This document shows, piece after piece, positions 36,495 to 48,213 of a stretch of 64,000 nt of DNA. Each line of letters starts with the position of its first letter. Positions within the stretch are counted from its first letter, which is position 1. Made by a program: the position numbers and the translations under genes. This stretch comes from Macrostomum hystrix (Eukaryota > Animalia > Platyhelminthes): NCBI GenBank assembly GCA_950097015.1, contig CATNEN010000030.1, positions 372,001-436,000 on the forward strand, in the 5' to 3' direction. Below the pieces are notes generated by a model. That model worked only from the letters and a program-made list of their open reading frames with translations. It had not been told where the DNA came from and ran no database searches.

Positions 36495-38552
36495 TAGCTA
36501 AGTGGAACAGTCGTTAGCTTAGTGGAACAGTCGTTAGCTTAGTGGAACAGTCGTTAGCTAAGTGGAACAGTCGTTAGCTTAGTGGAACAGTCGTTAGCTT
36601 AGTGGAACAGTCGTTAGCTAAGTGGAACAGTCGTTAGCTTAGTGGAACAGTCGTTAGCTAAGTGGAACAGTCGTTAGCTTAGTGGAACAGTCGTTAGCTA
36701 AGTGGAACAGTCGTTAGCTAAGTGGAACAGTCGTTAGCTTAGTGGAACAGTCGTTAGCTAAGTGGAACAGTCGTTAGCTTAGTGGAACAGTCGTTAGCTA
36801 AGTGGAACAGTCGTTAGCTAAGTGGAACAGTCGTTAGCTAAGTGGAACAGTCGTTAGCTTAGTGGAACAGTCGTTATAGCTAAGTGGAACAGTCGTTAGC
36901 TAAGTGGAACAGTCGTTAGCTTAGTGGAACAGTCGTTAGCTAAGTGGAACAGTCGTTAGCTTAGTGGAACAGTCGTTAGCTAAGTGGAACAGTCGTTAGC
37001 TAAGTGGAACAGTCGTTAGCTTAGTGAAACAGTCGTTAGCTTAGTGGAACAGTCGTTAGCTTAGTGGAACAGTCGTTAGCTAAGTGGAACAGTCGTTAGC
37101 TTAGTGAAACAGTCGTTAGCTTAGTGGAACAGTCGTTAGCTTAGTGGAACAGTCGTTAGCTAAGTGGAACAGTCGTTAGCTAAGTGGAACAGTCGTTAGC
37201 TTAGTAAAACAGTCGTTAGCTTAGTGGAACAGTCGTTAGCTAAGTGGAACAGTCGTTATAGCTAAGTGGAACAGTCGTTATAGCTAAGTGGAACAGTCGT
37301 TAGCTTAGTGGAACAGTCGTTAGCTAAGTGGAACAGTCGTTAGCTTAGTGGAACAGTCGTTAGCTTAGTGAAACAGTCGTTATAGCTAAGTGGAACAGTC
37401 GTTAGCTTAGTGGAACAGTCGTTAGCTAAGTGGAACAGTCGTTAGCTTAGTGAAACAGTCGTTAGCTTAGTGGAACAGTCGTTAGCTTAGTGGAACAGTC
37501 GTTAGCTAAGTGGAACAGTCGTTATAGCTAAGTGGAACAGTCGTTAGCTAAGTGGAACAGTCGTTAGCTTAGTGAAACAGTCGTTAGCTTAGTGGAACAG
37601 TCGTTAGCTAAGTGGAACAGTCGTTAGCTAAGTGGAACAGTCGTTAGCTTAGTGGAACAGTCGTTAGCTAAGTGGAACAGTCGTTAGCTTAGTGGAACAG
37701 TCGTTAGCTTAGTGAAACAGTCGTTAGCTTAGTGGAACAGTCGTTAGCTTAGTGGAACAGTCGTTAGCTAAGTGGAACAGTCGTTAGCTTAGTGAAACAG
37801 TCGTTAGCTTAGTGGAACAGTCGTTAGCTTAGTGGAACAGTCGTTAGCTAAGTGGAACAGTCGTTATAGCTAAGTGGAACAGTCGTTAGCTTAGTGAAAC
37901 AGTCGTTAGCTTAGTGGAACAGTCGTTAGCTTAGTGGAACAGTCGTTAGCTAAGTGGAACAGTCGTTAGCTTAGTGAAACAGTCGTTAGCTTAGTGGAAC
38001 AGTCGTTAGCTTAGTGGAACAGTCGATAGCTAAGTGGAACAGTCGTTAGCTTAGTGAAACAGTCGTTAGCTTAGTGGAACAGTCGTTAGCTAAGTGGAAC
38101 AGTCGTTAGCTAAGTGGAACAGTCGTTATAGCTAAGTGGAACAGTCGTTATAGCTAAGTGGAACAGTCGTTAGCTAAGTGGAACAGTCGTTAGCTAAGTG
38201 GAACAGTCGTTAGCTAAGTGGAACAGTCGTTAGCTTAGTGGAACAGTCGTTAGCTTAGTGGAACAGTCGTTAGCTAAGTGGAACAGTCGTTATAGCTTAG
38301 TGGAACAGTCGTTAGCTAAGTGGAACAGTCGTTAGCTTAGTGGAACAGTCGTTAGCTTAGTGGAACAGTCGTTAGCTAAGTGGAACAGTCGTTATAGCTA
38401 AGTGGAACAGTCGTTATAGCTAAGTGGAACAGTCGTTAGCTTAGTGGAACAGTCGTTAGCTAAGTGGAACAGTCGTTAGCTTAGTGGAACAGTCGTTAGC
38501 TTAGTGGAACAGTCGTTAGCTTAGTGGAACAGTCGTTAGCTAAGTGGAACAA
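36495..38552. repeat. 20-bp minisatellite (AGTGGAACAGTCGTTAGCTW)n with 22-bp variants
   Basis: ~100 copies. Confidence 0.98.
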
Positions 38553-38949
38553 TCATTTATGGGCAATATTTTTATATTCTATGGTATATACGTGTACGAG
38601 TAAAATTTGTAACATTTAAAAAAATATATTTTCTATATTCGTTTCTTCAGAGAATGAAGTTCTACTGTAAGTAGCTAGATAAGCATGCTAATACTCGTAG
38701 TAGCTGAAATTCGATTTTTGATAACACATGGGTTTGATGATGTGTTAAAAACGTTGCATAAAACGCAAAAACGCTTAAAAAAGATTACGAATACTTTTTT
38801 TCGCCGAAAAGCCAGTTAGGTTTCATCTATTCAGTTTCAGAAATGTAAAAGGCAAGTTAAACAATTTAGTCGAAAAAACACATAGAACAGTTGGAAAAGT
38901 AGGGATTATTTAATGGATATCACAAGCAGATGTAGGACATTTAGGTGGA

Positions 38950-39450
38950 ACAGGTTGGACGAGTGATACAGGTAGAAAGGTAGAATACTAGGGTAGACAT
39001 AAAATGTAGTACAGGTTGGACAGGTAGCACAGGTTGGACAGGTAGCACAGGTTGGACAGGTAGCACAGGTTGGACAGGTAGCACAGGTTGGACAGGTAGC
39101 ACGGGTTGGACAGGTAGCACAGGTAGGACAGGTAGCACAGGTAGGACAGATAGCACAGGTTGGACAGGTAGCACAGGTAGGACAGGTAGCACAAGTAACC
39201 CATGTCGGACAGTTAGCACAGGTTGTACAGGTAGCACAGATAGCACAGATAGCACAGGTCGAACTGGTTGGACTGGTAGCACAGGTAGCACTGGTAGCAC
39301 GGGTTGGACAGGTAGCACAGGTAGGACAGGTAGCACAGGTAGGACAGGTAGCACAGGTAGGACAGGTAGCACAGGTAGGACAGGTAGCACAGGTAGGACA
39401 GGTAGCACAGGTAGGACAGGTAGCACAGGTAGGACAGGCAGCACAGGTAA
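38950..39450. repeat. 18-bp (2x9) minisatellite (ACAGGTAGCACAGGTTGG)n
   Basis: Direct reading. Confidence 0.95.
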
Positions 39451-39854
39451 AACAGCTATAATCAAAGCGATTACATTCATGGAGCAGTAGAAGCAGGTCG
39501 TGTACTTCTACTGAGTTAGCTAATTATCCACTCTCGCAAAGCTGTTTCAGCAAAATAGCGAGTAGCGCAGACGGAACCGGCAAGTCTGGCCCCAACCTCT
39601 AGCGGGAGTGCCGACCAGAATGCATTTTTTCCGCTTTTATAGACAGGTAGTTTTTTTAGTCCAGCTTAGTCTCCCTGGTATGGCCGCGTCACCAGCGGCA
39701 TAAATATGAAACTGGATAGACTGATAAGCCAGTTTGCTCTACGAGAGTAGCTTTCCTATTTGAGCTCGGGCGTTCTCTACCTCAGCTTTAATGGCTGTGG
39801 AATATTTGGATTTGGCTCACTTGTACACTGGCAATCCGAGTGCAAAGTCCCTTT

Positions 39855-41396
39855 CCCTCTGTCCCTGTCCCTCTGTCCCTGTCCCTCTGTCCCTGTCCCT
39901 CTGTCCCTGTCCCTCTGTCCCTGTCCCTCTGTCCCTGTCCCTCTGTCCCTGTCCCTCTGTCCCTGTCCCTCTGTCCCTGTCCCTCTGTCCCTGTCCCTCT
40001 ATCCCTGTCCCTCTGTCCCTGTCCCTCTGTCCCTGTCCCTCTGTCCCTGTCCCTCTGTCCCTGTCCCTCTGTCCCTGTCCCTCTGTCCCTGTCCCTCTGT
40101 CCCTGTCCCTCTGTCCCTGTCCCTCTGTCCCTGTCCCTCTGTCCCTGTCCCTCTGTCCCTGTCCCTCTGTCCCTGTCCCTCTGTCCCTGTCCCTCTGTCC
40201 CTGTCCCTCTGTCCCTGTCCCTCTGTCCCTGTCCCTCTGTCCCTGTCCCTCTGTCCCTGTCCCTCTGTCCCTGTCCCTCTGTCCCTGTCCCTCTGTCCCT
40301 GTCCCTCTGTCCCTGTCCCTCTGTCCCTGTCCCTCTGTCCCTGTCCCTCTGTCCCTGTCCCTCTGTCCCTGTCCCTCTGTCCCTGTCCCTCTGTCCCTGT
40401 CCCTCTGTCCCTGTCCCTCTGTCCCTGTCCCTCTGTCCCTGTCCCTCTGTCCCTGTCCCTCTGTCCCTGTCCCTCTGTCCCTGTCCCTCTGTCCCTGTCC
40501 CTCTGTCCCTGTCCCTCTGTCCCTGTCCCTCTGTCCCTGTCCCTCTGTCCCTGTCCCTCTGTCCCTGTCCCTCTGTCCCTGTCCCTCTGTCCCTGTCCCT
40601 CTGTCCCTGTCCCTCTGTCCCTGTCCCTCTGTCCCTGTCCCTCTGTCCCTGTCCCTCTGTCCCTGTCCCTCTGTCCCTGTCCCTCTGTCCCTGTCCCTCT
40701 GTCCCTGTCCCTCTGTCCCTGTCCCTCTGTCCCTGTCCCTCTGTCCCTGTCCCTCTGTCCCTGTCCCTCTGTCCCTGTCCCTCTGTCCCTGTCCCTCTGT
40801 CCCTGTCCCTCTGTCCCTGTCCCTCTGTCCCTGTCCCTCTGTCCCTGTCCCTCTGTCCCTGTCCCTCTGTCCCTGTCCCTCTGTCCCTGTCCCTCTGTCC
40901 CTGTCCCTCTGTCCCTGTCCCTCTGTCCCTGTCCCTCTGTCCCTGTCCCTCTGTCCCTGTCCCTCTGTCCCTGTCCCTCTGTCCCTGTCCCTCTGTCCCT
41001 GTCCCTCTGTCCCTGTCCCTCTGTCCCTGTCCCTCTGTCCCTGTCCCTCTGTCCCTGTCCCTCTGTCCCTGTCCCTCTGTCCCTGTCCCTCTGTCCCTGT
41101 CCCTCTGTCCCTGTCCCTCTGTCCCTGTCCCTCTGTCCCTGTCCCTCTGTCCCTGTCCCTCTGTCCCTGTCCCTCTGTCCCTGTCCCTCTGTCCCTGTCC
41201 CTCTGTCCCTGTCCCTCTGTCCCTGTCCCTCTGTCCCTGTCCCTCTGTCCCTGTCCCTCTGTCCCTGTCCCTCTGTCCCTGTCCCTCTGTCCCTGTCCCT
41301 CTGTCCCTGTCCCTCTGTCCCTGTCCCTCTGTCCCTGTCCCTCTGTCCCTGTCCCTCTGTCCCTGTCCCTCTGTCCCTGTCCCTCTGTCCCTGTCC
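39855..41396. repeat. 14-bp polypyrimidine-rich minisatellite (CTCTGTCCCTGTCC)n, ~110 copies
   Basis: Essentially perfect (one variant seen near 40001). Confidence 0.99.
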
Positions 41397-42594
41397 TGGC
41401 ACTTCGCAGTTCTTGGAAATTGTAAAACCAACGTTCGATTGCACGAATCTTCCCTCAATTTTGATTGGCTTTTACATCAGCCAATAGCGGACGCTTTCGC
41501 AGGAGGATGAAGAATACGCCGAGCTGGTTGGGAACTGTGCGCTTTAAGACACATTCCTCAGTGGCCGCCCTGTCTGGTCAGAATCTTTAGCTTTTAGCTA
41601 CTAGGAGACGCATTTTATTTGGCCTTCTTATTTTTATAGTGAGTTAAGGCCTGGCGAAGACACAGTTGGCTACATGGCGGAAAACGACACCACGTGAGTA
41701 CCAAATATCAGATCAAATCTCCGTTGTGGATCAGCTTTAAGCCATCGATAATCTCATTAATCTTGTGCGCTATATAAAATAACCGAAATTGTTAGGCTGT
41801 GTGTGACACTGTGAAGATAGATTCCCTATCAAGAACGATAGCCTCACAATAGGCCCAATCTAAAATGCCTACCGCGTATTATATTCCCCAGGTGATAAAT
41901 TCACTGGCCCATCTAATATTGGATGGGAAAATGACACTATGCGATTTACTGAGGCCACCACACACTGTTGATTATGCATTGGGATTTGTTTATACAAACT
42001 GGAACCGATGGTAAGCATAATGAGCTCATCCTTGGAGCTTTAATCCTTTGAATCCCTGCAGTGTTTGCACTTCCCATATAGGCCATAGTGAATGCGTGAA
42101 TTCATGAGTAGTCTAAACTCTTCCAAAGCAGATTCTGTGAAGAAGTTTATTATTTGCCTTCGCCTGTGATGGCCTACTCAGCCGATTGATTCTCAGGGCC
42201 AAAACTGGCGAAATTCAACACGACCCGCAGCAACCCCTCAACTGTTTTCCACTCTTGAGTAGGGGTCGGATCGGGTCGGATCCTCTTCTGGGCGCCCTCG
42301 AGTTTTGTCTATAAGGCTTTTTCTTTGGATTTCTCCGAAATGGCCGAGGAAAGAGAGTTATCGAGGCCGTGAGAATCGATTCCGGGAGTTTTTGGTCATG
42401 AAACAGGTTTGCTTTAACTCCAACTCAACTGCAGCCAGTTTTTTCTTAGCTGCTGAAAATTCTGCCCCCCCCAATCACAAATTCCTGCTCAGACAACACT
42501 TCTCTGGGTGCTCCCGTGCTTGCTATTCAGAGTTCTCTCAAACTGTTCGCTTACTATTAGCTTTTGCTCTATCAATCCCATTTCCATTGTCTGT

Positions 42595-43075
42595 TTCTCA
42601 CTTCTCTCCTCTCCCATTCTCTCTTCACTCCTCTCCCATTCTCTCTTCACTCCTCTCCCATTCTCTCTTCACTCCTCTCCCATTCTCTCTTCACTCCTCT
42701 CCCATTCTCACTTCACTCCTCTCCCATTCTCTCTTCACTCCTCTCCCATTCTCACTTCACTCCTCTCCCATTCTCACTTCTCTCCTCTCCCATTCTCTCT
42801 TCACTCCTCTCCCATTCTCTCTTCACTCCTCTCCCATTCTCTCTTCACTCCTCTCCCATTCTCACTTCACTCCTCTCCCATTCTCTCTTCACTCCTCTCC
42901 CATTCTCACTTCACTCCTCTCCCATTCTCTCTTCACTCCTCTCCCATTTTCTTACATCTCTCCTCTCCCATTCTCACATCTCTACACTTTCATTCTCACC
43001 TCTCTTCTCTCATGTTCTAATCTCTCCTCTAACGTTCTCATCTCTGTCCTCTGCCATTCTCCCCTGTCTCCTTTC
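42595..43075. repeat. 22-bp pyrimidine minisatellite (CACTCCTCTCCCATTCTCTCTT)n
   Basis: Direct reading. Confidence 0.95.
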
Positions 43076-43734
43076 ACGATTTAATCTCTCACATTATCAT
43101 CTACTTTCTCTCCCGTTCCCGTTCTCACTAGTCTGCCGCTGTCTCACTTCTGTATGCCCACTTGAATAGTGGCCGGCATATGAACAGTCTGTCGTTTCTA
43201 CTCTCATAAAAATCTTAGTAGCTACGCTCGTAAGAAAAATTATTTGCTTAGCACACGAGTCGTCTTTCGCAAGTCAACGTCCACCCAGTCGTTCTGTGAT
43301 CTCGTGGCGTTTAATCTCTTTTAATCTGGTCTCTAGAAGCAGAATGCTGCGAAAAGATAGTCAGACGGTGTTGTATTTCTAGTAGCAGTAGATGCTGATT
43401 TCAAGCAATTCACAGTTCAATCTCAAAGAGAATTTGGGTCAATCGGAAAATGTTGGCGACGTATCTGTTTGTCATAGAAAATGTTTGTAGTAGCCTTTGC
43501 AGTCATTGCAGGCGGCTTGAATGCAAGCTACTATTACTAAAGTGATTTAGCATCGATGCAGAATTGGTCGTACAAACTGGAACTCCAAAAGAAACTTTAA
43601 CATTTTCTTCGCCAAATCCGTTTGCCGGCACTAATCCTGGCTTGCAAAAGGAGACAGCTTTGCTTTTAATCCCGGTCAGGCGGAATTTCGCGACATTTCC
43701 CAAGGGAATATTACTATTTATTGCTCGAGTTTAT

Positions 43735-43749
43735 CAATCTATCGATCTG

Positions 43750-43797
<48 letters not shown>
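43735..43797. repeat. (TCTA)n microsatellite
   Basis: Direct reading. Confidence 0.95.
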
Positions 43798-43923
43798 AAT
43801 ATACAGACCCTGAAGAAGGCCCAGCTTTGGCCGAAAATTTGGTCCATCGTACTATATATTAAAAAATCGGTATTTCAAAACATCTAGTACTGTGTGCGTG
43901 GATTGCCTCTGAGAGGCCTTCGC
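43798..43923 (+). mobile_element. Short 3' remnant of Penelope-like/retrozyme element inside (TCTA)n
   Basis: Hammerhead + CTGTGTGCGTGG (43890-43901) + TTCG junction into (TCTA)n. Confidence 0.55.
43806..43844 (+). ncRNA. Minimal type I hammerhead ribozyme
   Basis: GACC-CUGAAGA-A-GGCC-CAGCUUU-GGCC-GAAA-A-UUU-GGUC: same 39-nt layout as 19901-19939. Confidence 0.75.
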
Positions 43924-43970
<47 letters not shown>

Positions 43971-44365
43971 CCTATCTATCTATCTACCTATCTATCTATC
44001 TACCTATCTATCTATCTATCTATCTATCTACCTATCTACCTATCTATCTATCTACATATCTACCAATCTACCTATCTACCTATCTACCTATCTACCTATC
44101 TATCTATCTACCTATCTACCAATCTACCTATCTATCTATCTACCTATATATCTATCTACCTATCTATCTATCTATCTACCTATGTATCTATCTATCTATC
44201 TATCTATCTATCAATCTGTCTATCTATCTATCTATCTATCAATCTGTCTATCTATCAATCTGTCTATCTATCTATCTATCTATCGATTTGTCCATCCATC
44301 AATCTATCTATCAATCTATCAATCTATCTATCTATCTATCTATCTATCGATTTGTCCATCTATCT
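43924..44365. repeat. (TCTA/CCTA)n microsatellite
   Basis: Direct reading. Confidence 0.97.
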
Positions 44366-46443
44366 ATGCTTCTTTTTTAGTCATTTCTCATTTCGCTGAA
44401 ATGTCGACAGAAAACAACACGACCCAAAAGACAAATCTTCATATTTTTCTGAGTTCCTAATTAGAGAAACGGAAAAAACCAGCGAGTTTGTTGCTTGTTC
44501 GTGACTTTCTTCTATTAATTTTTAAACAAATATAGCTCTTGAAAAAAAGCCAACGGAAATGAAGCAAACTGACTAACTTTGAAAGGTTCAATTATCAACT
44601 TTCTTGGCCAAAAATCTGTCGGGCTTTCAATTGAAGCAGCCGAAATGAAAGCAGACGGTAACAAAGAAAAAAACAAACACTGGTTGACAGCGGCTTGAGC
44701 CTTTTTATTAAACCAGAATTAGTCACCGAAACCCAGTGGCTGATAATCAACTCAGAATCGATGCTGATTAAGCTTGATGCGAGTGTTTCGAGTCCAGTCT
44801 GTACGCAAGCCTTCAAAGAGAGATCAATGTTGAAAACTCTGCGTATCTACATGTTTTGTTTCAGGGATTCTGAAAGAAAAAGACGGAAAACTTTTTTCCC
44901 GCCCCGGCGAAGAGGGACAAAAATTTCAGGGCTGGAAAGTTTTCGAGGACTCGAGATGGATTGGCCCCACCACCCGGGTCAATAGGTCCGGTCGGTCTCA
45001 AACACTGAGTCGAGAGTGAGGATGGGGAAGAGACAAAGCGGGATCAGAGGCGCAAAACATGGTGGCGCCAAATGTGGACGAGAATCAGCCTAGCAAGCAT
45101 ATAGCAGAGGCCAGGAATCTGAGAGCTTCTCCGATGAAGCTCATTCGAATTCTACACTTCATCCTGACATCCCTATTGATTCTGTGCACCCCGATGGCCC
45201 GCCAGATCCTGGCATGCCCAGTCTATATATACATACTGTGTATAATACATCAGCTGGTCGGCTAACCAGCTACCTCAAACATAATCGGTGAGTTGGAGGG
45301 CCCTGTGAGGTGACCCACCCCACCGTTATGCGCGCTCACGTTCTTCCTCCGCCTCCGCGCCCTAGTTTGCTATTGAGCTTCGTCAGTTGGGATTAGCAAT
45401 CAGCGCCTGGCTGACCCCCGCTTATCCTGTTCTCCCCCCTATAGTCTTTCATCTGCGCCTGTCTGCCTTCTTTTGGTCATTCTCGCATTTCCAGTGTTCT
45501 CACAATGCGAGCGTATCTCCCTGGGCGCGATCTAGCATCGATTCTTTCTCGGCATTGATTTATTCCGGTAGGGACTGCTTGGCAAAGAGTTGATAAAAAT
45601 AAATATTTTAGCCGCTGACGTCACAAGAGTCTGACTACGCTTGTATCCTATCTCGATTCAGTTGCATCCTAAACAGCAAACACTTACTGCTACTTTTGCC
45701 GTTAGTTTTTTTCAAACAACAAACATGAGTCCCTACTCATGTGTAGAATGGCATGTGTTCAAGAGCGGCAGGACCGGAGTAAGACTGCAAGAGGACTGAC
45801 TAAAGAGAGCAGACAGTCACACAGGCGCACAGAGGGTGCACTATAGGCTCTCGAACAGAGGGGTGTCATTAAATTACAGTCGCATTTGGGCCCAGAGCAT
45901 AGCAGGTTGAGGCGAACGAATTTTGTCGTGCCCACCAACATGTCCACTAGCGCTGGCCAGATGCAGTGGTATTAATTCGATTAAGCACAAAAAATTACTT
46001 TGCCCATGCCTCGTGGCCAAATGCAGGGTGCCTGTGACTCTATAGTGTCACTCTGTAAGAACTCTATACAACCTTGCGCTGCTATCGCTGAAAAAGAATG
46101 GAAGAAAGATGGAGCTGTCCATTGGTTTCTAAGAAAGCCATTCCCCATTTTCACGTTGCTGCTGAGCAAAGTGAAGGCGAACTTTCTAAAAACAGAACAA
46201 ATACTTTATTTATTCTGCAGTCATAGTTAAAAAATCGCATGAAGGTCTTCAAAGAAATCAGTCACCTTTGTTGGACAGTTAATGCTTTATTATTGGCTTC
46301 AAAACCGTAGCGCGCTTGTGGGAATTCCGCTTCCTAACTAGAAACTGAGTAATAATTCTCAATGCAATAAAATGGCTTCACTCAACTAGGCATAAGGCAA
46401 CAACAAGCAGTCCAATCTCATGGCTTTTTGATTGCCATAATTG

Positions 46444-47556
46444 GGGTTGTAGCCAGTGGGGTTGTAGCCTAGTGGGGGTTGTAGCCTAGTGTGGGTTGTA
46501 GCCTAGTGGGGGTTGTAGCCTAGTGGGGGTTGTAGCCTAGTGGGGGTTGTAGCCTAGTGGGGGTTGTAGCCTAGTGGGGTTGTAGCCTAGTGGGGTTGTA
46601 GCCTAGTGGGGGTTGTAGCCTAGTTGGGGTTGTAGCCTAGTGGGGGTTGTAGCCTAGTGGGGGTTGTAGCCTAGTGGGGTTGTAGCCTAGTGGGGGTTGT
46701 AGCCTAGTGGGGGTTGTAGCCTAGTGGGGGTTGTAGCCTAGTGGGGGTTGTAGTCTAGTGGGGGTTCTAGCCTTGTGGGGGTTGTAGTCTATTGTCTAGT
46801 GGGGGGTTCTGGCCTTGTGGAGGTTGTAGTCTAGTGGGGGTTCTAGCCTAGTGGGGGTTGTAGTCTAGTGGGTGGTTGTAGCCTAGTGTGGGTTGTAGCC
46901 TTGTGGGGGGTTGTAGCCTAGTGGGGGTTGTAGCCTAGTGGGGGTTGTAGCATAGTGGGGGTTGTAGCCTTGTGGGGGTTGTAGCATAGTGGGGGTTCTA
47001 GCCTTGTGGGGGTTGTAGCCTTGTGGGGGTTGTAGCCTAGTGGGGGGTTTTAGCCTTGTGGGGGTTGTAGTCTATTGTCTAGTGGGGTGTTCTGGCCTAG
47101 TGGGGGTTGTAGTCTATTGTCTAGTGGGGTGTTCTGGCCTAGTGGGGGTTGTAGTCTATTGTCTAGTGGGGTGTTCTGGCCTAGTGGGGGTTGTAGCCTT
47201 GTGGGGGTTGTAGCCTAGTGGAGGGTTCTAGCCTTGTGGGGGTTGTAGCATAGTGGGGGTTCTAGCCTTGTGGGGGTTGTAGCCTTGTGGGGGTTGTAGC
47301 CTAGTGGGGGGTTCTAGCCTTGTGGGGGTTGTAGTCTATTGTCTAGTGGGGTGTTCTGGCCTAGTGGGGGTTGTAGTCTATTGTCTAGTGGGGTGTTCTG
47401 GCCTAGTGGGGGTTGTAGCCTTGTGGGGGTTGTAGCCTAGTGGAGGGTTCTAGCCTTGTGGGGGTTGTAGCATAGTGGGGGTTGTAGCCTTGTGGGGGTT
47501 GTAGCCTTGTGGGGGTTGTAGCCTAGTGGGGGTTGTAGCCTAGTGGGGGTTGTAGC
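46444..47556. repeat. 17-bp G-rich minisatellite (TAGTGGGGGTTGTAGCC)n
   Basis: ~60 units, each with a G4-G6 run. Confidence 0.97.
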
Positions 47557-48004
47557 ACAATCAATACATTCCGAGGTCCTCCAGCACATTCTTACCCCGC
47601 GCGTATTCTAGCTTTTCTAATCTAAGATTATAGCTTAGGCTAAGAAGGCGTATTCTAGGCTAAGAAGTTTTCTAGCTTTGGATAGACAAGCAGACAAAAT
47701 CTGACTGACAACACCAGAAGCAAAATGCAACTGGTTCCAGCTCCATTAGATTTTGTTTAACTAACATACTGTTAATTCGCAATGGGACACAAATGCCCAA
47801 CGGATTCTGAAATGTTAGAAACACGCGAGCGAGTCTTCTTTGGCCCTAATCTGCGACCAGCATCAGCTTCTGCTTCTTGTGTTGCGCGTTGAGGTAACAC
47901 GGAACAGAGGTGCTGATTTCCCGTTCCTTACCGACACACCTCGCTAGCTTTGCTCTCAGCAGCAGCAGCAGCACAGATGCTCTTCCCAGCCAGCCAGCCG
48001 GTCT

Positions 48005-48213
48005 ATGCCAAAACCTAGCAGAGAAATGTCCGCACTGTCTACCCGGCCTCTCCACCTTGTGTCTGTTCTCTTTTCCTCATCTCACACCAAACGGCTCCAC
48101 CACTTACTGTCAATATTTTTATCCGGCAGCTGCCACCTCGTGGCGCTCGCGTCTATCACACCACCTCTCTATTTAGCTACTGGTTCTCCGCCCATAGCAA
48201 CAAACAAAGCCAG
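48005..48213 (+). CDS. Candidate first coding exon of the peptide GPCR
   Basis: ATG at 48005, donor CAG/GTGAGA at 48214, phase 2 matching the acceptor at 49494; no homology support. Confidence 0.35.

Noticed and set aside
39760-41510. 481-575-aa ORFs (SLSLCPCPSVPVPL / RDRDRGTGTEGQGQ repeats)
   Set aside because: Stop-free 14-bp repeat; not coding evidence.
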